A stretch of 64,000 nucleotides of DNA from a virus. A program made the translations under genes and the position numbers. The stretch is from positions 16,961 through 80,960 of the IMG/VR virus record IMGVR_UViG_3300045988_080038; one strand, written 5' to 3'. How positions within the stretch are numbered: position 1 is the stretch's first letter; the number at the start of each line of letters is the position of its first letter. The notes below the pieces were generated by a model, which did not search any database, was not told where the DNA came from, and saw nothing but the letters and a program-made list of their open reading frames with translations. Below are positions 60,076 to 64,000 of this stretch, in pieces.

Positions 60076-61197
60076 TTATTTTAATCCAACTTCAATTCCA
60101 TTGATTTTCAGTTCTCCATTTACCGGAATTACAAGAGATGGAACGCCGTTTATTTCTTTCAGTTCAATCAGAGCAATTTTATCTGGCTGGATGCAGATTG
60201 TTGCATCTGGTGTTACAATTTTTGCAGTTTTTGAATTATGAATATTGTCAAGAGCAACAGGCTCATTGCTGAAATACATTTCCCAGTTTTCTTTGAAATC
60301 CGACAACTTCTCGTCTGGGACTCCGCAATATCCAAAAATCTGTTCCATTTCATCACATGACACGGTTACCATCTCCGGGCTGTCTTTCTTCTGTTCTCTT
60401 ACTTCCTGCAAAGATTCAACCAGACTTTCCGCGAAATTGAATGTTGTATTTCCTTCGAAATTGTCCATGATAAAATCTGAAAAGACATTGATCTCGTTGC
60501 CGGGTATACGGGGAATTGGTGCGCCAAGAACGTTTTCAATGAAGTCGGGATGAATATTCTTTATGTTTTTGTTGAAATACAAGGTTCCATGAATATCAGT
60601 GCTTCTGTCATTGAATATAGGGAATAAGAATCCTGTTTCTGGTCTTGAGACTACCCAATCACGAATTCTGTCTTTGATGTTATTTTCAGCCACATCATAG
60701 CTAAGCCCAGCCTTTGAAAGATTTACTGGACAAATGCTGCACAGAATGTGTTCATAAATTTCTTCTGATGCATCGTGCATTTCGGTTCCATCAGAAGCTT
60801 TTCCTGGAATGTCATATACTGCATGAATGAGAACTATGTAGTAATTTTCGTGATAATCGTAATTTTCAATCACTTTGTCGTAGAACTCATCCAAAAGCTC
60901 ATCATTTTTAAGCTTACTTGCTCTGATCCGCATAAGAAATTCCTGTGTTCCACCCTCTTTTTCCTGTGATAATGGGAAATCAAGGTTCATAAGGTTTTTT
61001 CCAAGTCTGCCAGACATGGTTTTCTTGAAAATATCAAAATACTTAAACATTTCTTCCTCTGGAAGAGACATGAATGCTTCTTTAATTTTGGTTTTCTTGT
61101 TCTTTTCTGCGTCCACATAACAACCACAAATGCGTGTGATTGTGCAATTGGCTGGAGTAAACTGTTTCTTAATTTCTGCGATTTCTTTCTTATTCAT
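60076..61197 (-). CDS. DUF4317-like protein
   Basis: MNKKEIAEIKKQFTPANCTITRICGCYVDAEKNKKT N-terminus, recalled as the DUF4317 family. Confidence 0.55.
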   Translation of the reverse strand: MNKKEIAEIKKQFTPANCTITRICGCYVDAEKNKKTKIKEAFMSLPEEEMFKYFDIFKKTMSGRLGKNLMNLDFPLSQEKEGGTQEFLMRIRASKLKNDELLDEFYDKVIENYDYHENYYIVLIHAVYDIPGKASDGTEMHDASEEIYEHILCSICPVNLSKAGLSYDVAENNIKDRIRDWVVSRPETGFLFPIFNDRSTDIHGTLYFNKNIKNIHPDFIENVLGAPIPRIPGNEINVFSDFIMDNFEGNTTFNFAESLVESLQEVREQKKDSPEMVTVSCDEMEQIFGYCGVPDEKLSDFKENWEMYFSNEPVALDNIHNSKTAKIVTPDATICIQPDKIALIELKEINGVPSLVIPVNGELKINGIEVGLK

Positions 61198-61643
61198 TCT
61201 TTTCCATCCTTTCTGCTTCTTCTGACTTCATGTTGATCCTCCAAGTTTTCAAACAACGGTTCTGCATATTCTTTGTAGGTTTCGTATTCCACTACGCCCC
61301 ACGGATTGTCCCATTCGCAGCCTTTTTCGTTGCAATCGTCCATGTATTGATAGTCGCTTTCAATATGATTTCGGCGTTCAATTACTTTATCCTCAATGGG
61401 CGTGCAAGTTGTATCTATCGACACTTCGCCGGAAGCATAAAACCATTTCTCACATTCGGGACACAAAAACGGTGTGCCGGACAGAATATCGTTTGCATCT
61501 TCGCAGTCATAATCTATGCTGCTTTTGCAATATGGGCAGATCAGTTTGTCACTTGCATATTCTTCTTCAAAACCTGATGGTTCAACTTTTTCAAAGTCAA
61601 TCCTGCGAATATGGTATTTTTTCTGGAATTCTTTAAGGTTCAT
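61194..61643 (-). CDS. Zinc-ribbon protein
   Basis: CPYCKS...CPECEKW. Confidence 0.45.
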   Translation of the reverse strand: MNLKEFQKKYHIRRIDFEKVEPSGFEEEYASDKLICPYCKSSIDYDCEDANDILSGTPFLCPECEKWFYASGEVSIDTTCTPIEDKVIERRNHIESDYQYMDDCNEKGCEWDNPWGVVEYETYKEYAEPLFENLEDQHEVRRSRKDGKE

Positions 61644-61933
61644 TCTTCCTTACCTCTCCTCACAATCAATCCTCCACAATATGGACAAAATGTATAATCC
61701 AGTCGATTAAGTGGCTTTCCACAGCTGCACCATGCTTTTACGGGCCATGATTTATAGTAGTCTGGCATAGAACTATAATCATCTTCGCTCAGCACTTCCA
61801 TTTTTACAATTTTCCCGTGCTTTGAATATTCTATTCGTGCATCCTCTTTCCCGTCAGAGTATCCATGACTGTATGCACTGCTCAGCTGATATTCAATGGA
61901 TTTGATAGCATTATCTAAATACTTATAAGCCAT
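61640..61933 (-). CDS. Hypothetical protein (C-terminal zinc ribbon)
   Basis: ORF track; CSCG...CPYCGG. Confidence 0.45.
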   Translation of the reverse strand: MAYKYLDNAIKSIEYQLSSAYSHGYSDGKEDARIEYSKHGKIVKMEVLSEDDYSSMPDYYKSWPVKAWCSCGKPLNRLDYTFCPYCGGLIVRRGKEE

Positions 61934-62312
61934 TCTTCATCTCCTCCAACTTCTTCTCAGCTTCTTCACGGGTGAGGAAAATAGATTTTCCTATAGAATT
62001 CTTCATAATTGAAGTAAACTTAATTTCTTTTACATAATATTTCTTCTTTTCATACTCGCATTGAACATATTCTTCACATTTCCATTTTTGAGTAGCTTCA
62101 CAATGTTCATAATCATAAATACAATCAAGAAATGATCCTACTACATACACATTAGTTCCTGTCGCAACTGGCAATCTCACAAGCAATCCCTTTTCTTCTA
62201 AATCTTCATAATCGCAAAGCTTTCGCGCCGCTGAAATGTAATCGTGCTGTTTAACCCAGACATCTGATTCTCCGTCTGGTGTAATATCATATCTTTCTGT
62301 TAATCTCTCCAT
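61923..62312 (-). CDS. Hypothetical protein
   Basis: ORF track. Confidence 0.45.
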   Translation of the reverse strand: MERLTERYDITPDGESDVWVKQHDYISAARKLCDYEDLEEKGLLVRLPVATGTNVYVVGSFLDCIYDYEHCEATQKWKCEEYVQCEYEKKKYYVKEIKFTSIMKNSIGKSIFLTREEAEKKLEEMKNGL

Positions 62313-62867
62313 CTACTTCACCTCTTTCATCTTCTCCACCGCCAGATTCAACGCCTCTACAAATTCATCATTTAACGCTGCACGGTCTGGATTCTCGATA
62401 AAATTTTCAAGAGTATCAATTGCTTTCTCTTTTGGCGATAAGACTGTAGCTTTGCCCGATGCCGCAATTTCGAGAAGTTCATCAATATTGTCTTTCCATT
62501 CAGATATATCGCACAAATTACACTTACACTTATTGTTCTTTTTGTTCAATACGCATTCCGAACAGTTACGTCCATTGCAGTTGCCTAAATCAGCAATTCT
62601 ATCAGCAAACTTTCTCGCTGTCATTCCTTTTTCTCCGAAAAGTTCTGACGCTTCGTAGAAAGCAAAATTTGCGTCAATATATGAATTATGAACAATACTT
62701 TCATCTTTGAAAATTTTTAAAATATTTGGAAATGTTTGTTCTTTTAATGGTCTACAATAGTCTCTTCCTTTCCACGTAATTCCCTGCTTTTCAGCTTCTT
62801 TAAGTAATTTCTCGTTCTCTCCTGGTGTTCTAACTAGAACGCATGTATTTCTTAAATCAATCATCAT
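62313..62867 (-). CDS. Hypothetical protein
   Basis: Likely start MMIDLRNTC within ORF 62313..62921. Confidence 0.45.
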   Translation of the reverse strand: MMIDLRNTCVLVRTPGENEKLLKEAEKQGITWKGRDYCRPLKEQTFPNILKIFKDESIVHNSYIDANFAFYEASELFGEKGMTARKFADRIADLGNCNGRNCSECVLNKKNNKCKCNLCDISEWKDNIDELLEIAASGKATVLSPKEKAIDTLENFIENPDRAALNDEFVEALNLAVEKMKEVK

Positions 62868-63111
62868 AATTTCCTCCTGTGATCGCATCAATACACTGAT
62901 TTCGACCATCGACCATCCCACACTGATAATCCGTCATATCGTTCTCGGTAGTGTTCTTCTCCGGTAATGGCTTCAATGGGCACCAATCAGGCTTAGTACT
63001 TATGTCCTTAATATCTCTGCAATTTATCCTACAGAAATAATGGAATATACCAACATATATGCACGAAACACATTTCTCTGGTGTATCAATCACTAATACT
63101 GATTTACTCAT
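62857..63111 (-). CDS. Hypothetical Cys-rich protein
   Basis: ORF track. Confidence 0.4.
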   Translation of the reverse strand: MSKSVLVIDTPEKCVSCIYVGIFHYFCRINCRDIKDISTKPDWCPLKPLPEKNTTENDMTDYQCGMVDGRNQCIDAITGGNYDD

Positions 63112-63362
63112 TCAACTCCACCGCCTTTCACGATTTCAACTGCTTCATTCAGACATTGAGCTGTATACCAATCGTCACCCGATTCTGAAACTTTATCTTC
63201 GATTAACATTTCCAACTGTTGAATAACTTCATCTACATCAAAAACTGTCAGCTGTTCATTGACGCAATCAATAAACTCTTTCTGATCAGAACTAATACTT
63301 GTGCCAATTTCAAAAGCTTTAATGTATACAATTAACTCGTCTGCATCAATCAGTCTGCTCAT
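63108..63362 (-). CDS. Hypothetical acidic protein
   Basis: ORF track. Confidence 0.4.
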   Translation of the reverse strand: MSRLIDADELIVYIKAFEIGTSISSDQKEFIDCVNEQLTVFDVDEVIQQLEMLIEDKVSESGDDWYTAQCLNEAVEIVKGGGVE

Positions 63363-63365
63363 ATT

Positions 63366-63746
63366 CTATTCTCCTAACTGTTTTAAAATTTCTTTTGCAA
63401 TTTTATTACTTTCCTGCATGGAAATTCCCCATCCATTATATTTTCTGTGGCATTCATCACAGTTCCATTCATCACTATCACTTTCTTTAATTTCGCTATT
63501 GAATCTGCAATTATCGCAATACATATGATCGAGAGTGCTATAAATGATGTTTGCAATATCGTCTTGTTTACTATTAGCATCGTCTACGTATTTCTGTCTG
63601 TTTAAATATTCAAATACTCTCAGCTCATTTTTTCCGACCCATTTAATCCATGCACCGCAATCCCCGCAATACAATCCCGTATTATTCCCAACTTTCTTGA
63701 CAAAAAGGTTTTTACTATTGCACTTTGGACATTTATATTCTTTCAT
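63366..63746 (-). CDS. Zinc-ribbon protein
   Basis: CPKCNS...CGDCGAW and CDNC...CDECH. Confidence 0.45.
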   Translation of the reverse strand: MKEYKCPKCNSKNLFVKKVGNNTGLYCGDCGAWIKWVGKNELRVFEYLNRQKYVDDANSKQDDIANIIYSTLDHMYCDNCRFNSEIKESDSDEWNCDECHRKYNGWGISMQESNKIAKEILKQLGE

Positions 63747-63992
63747 TTATTTATCCTCCCACACTCCCAACAACCGCATCCTCTCATACAGTACAGCGAC
63801 GGTCTTGCGCCTGTATCCATAAAAGTCCTTTGGGTTCATCGGGATATATCTTTCTTTGCTAATTTTTCTGTAACTTTTCCGGTGCAAGATATTCTCAATA
63901 ACCATATCCGCTATCACCGTATTTTTCGGGCAAGCTGACAAGGCGGCACTGGAAAGCAGGTATCCGTACTCTGCCGGGAAGTCTTTCAGCAT
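63747..63992 (-). CDS. Sigma-region-4/ArpU-like regulator (possibly truncated by window edge)
   Basis: C-terminal KDFYGYRRKTVAVLYERMRLLGV. The ORF start is only 8 nt from the right edge. Confidence 0.35.
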   Translation of the reverse strand: MLKDFPAEYGYLLSSAALSACPKNTVIADMVIENILHRKSYRKISKERYIPMNPKDFYGYRRKTVAVLYERMRLLGVWEDK

Positions 63993-64000
63993 CGTATTCA

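Noticed and set aside
1-64000. Canonical CRISPR array, reverse transcriptase (retron/DGR), restriction-modification system or large ATPase/nuclease defence genes
   Set aside because: I found no run of three or more identical 25-40-nt repeats with unique spacers. I also found no RT motifs (YxDD context) or typical defence enzymes in any long ORF.

Overview
The window reads as a temperate siphovirus-type phage or prophage from a low-GC Firmicute (Clostridia-like). Nearly all genes are on the minus strand. From right to left: replication and early genes (64.0 to 57.1 kb: replisome organizer, DnaC-like loader, HNH, DUF4317-like); a large serine recombinase (55.1-56.9 kb) and a DUF4417-like gene; a visibly GC-richer, self-regulated block (49.2-54.3 kb) holding a solitary cas5-like gene, small acidic proteins, 17-bp iterated operators and a tRNA 3' fragment; a 0.9-kb non-coding hub with small promoter/terminator-bounded RNAs; terS. 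Next comes a 9-kb immI-like/accessory stretch with two Bro-N/KilAC antirepressors, an RHH protein, a small serine recombinase and a 4-tRNA array. Then terL, portal, scaffold and capsid, followed by a 6.4-kb accessory island (XhlA-like, sigma-region-4-like, low-complexity/Cys-rich proteins, HExxH protein, SGNH esterase). Then neck genes, a GIY-YIG/T5orf172 gene, a holin-like gene, major tail, G/GT chaperones and tape measure. A 4.2-kb island follows (HTH, HNH, lipoprotein, Big_2 protein), then tail tip/fibre (S74 chaperone domain), a tyrosine recombinase overlapping a three-domain endolysin, a plus-strand moron cluster with an orphan LytTR response regulator, and a cI/Cro-type switch at the left edge. 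All product calls come from motif reading by eye; no searches or folding programs were run. The most interesting candidate is the solitary cas5-like gene in an anti-CRISPR-like operon, flanked by CRISPR-repeat-like hairpin/handle RNAs.
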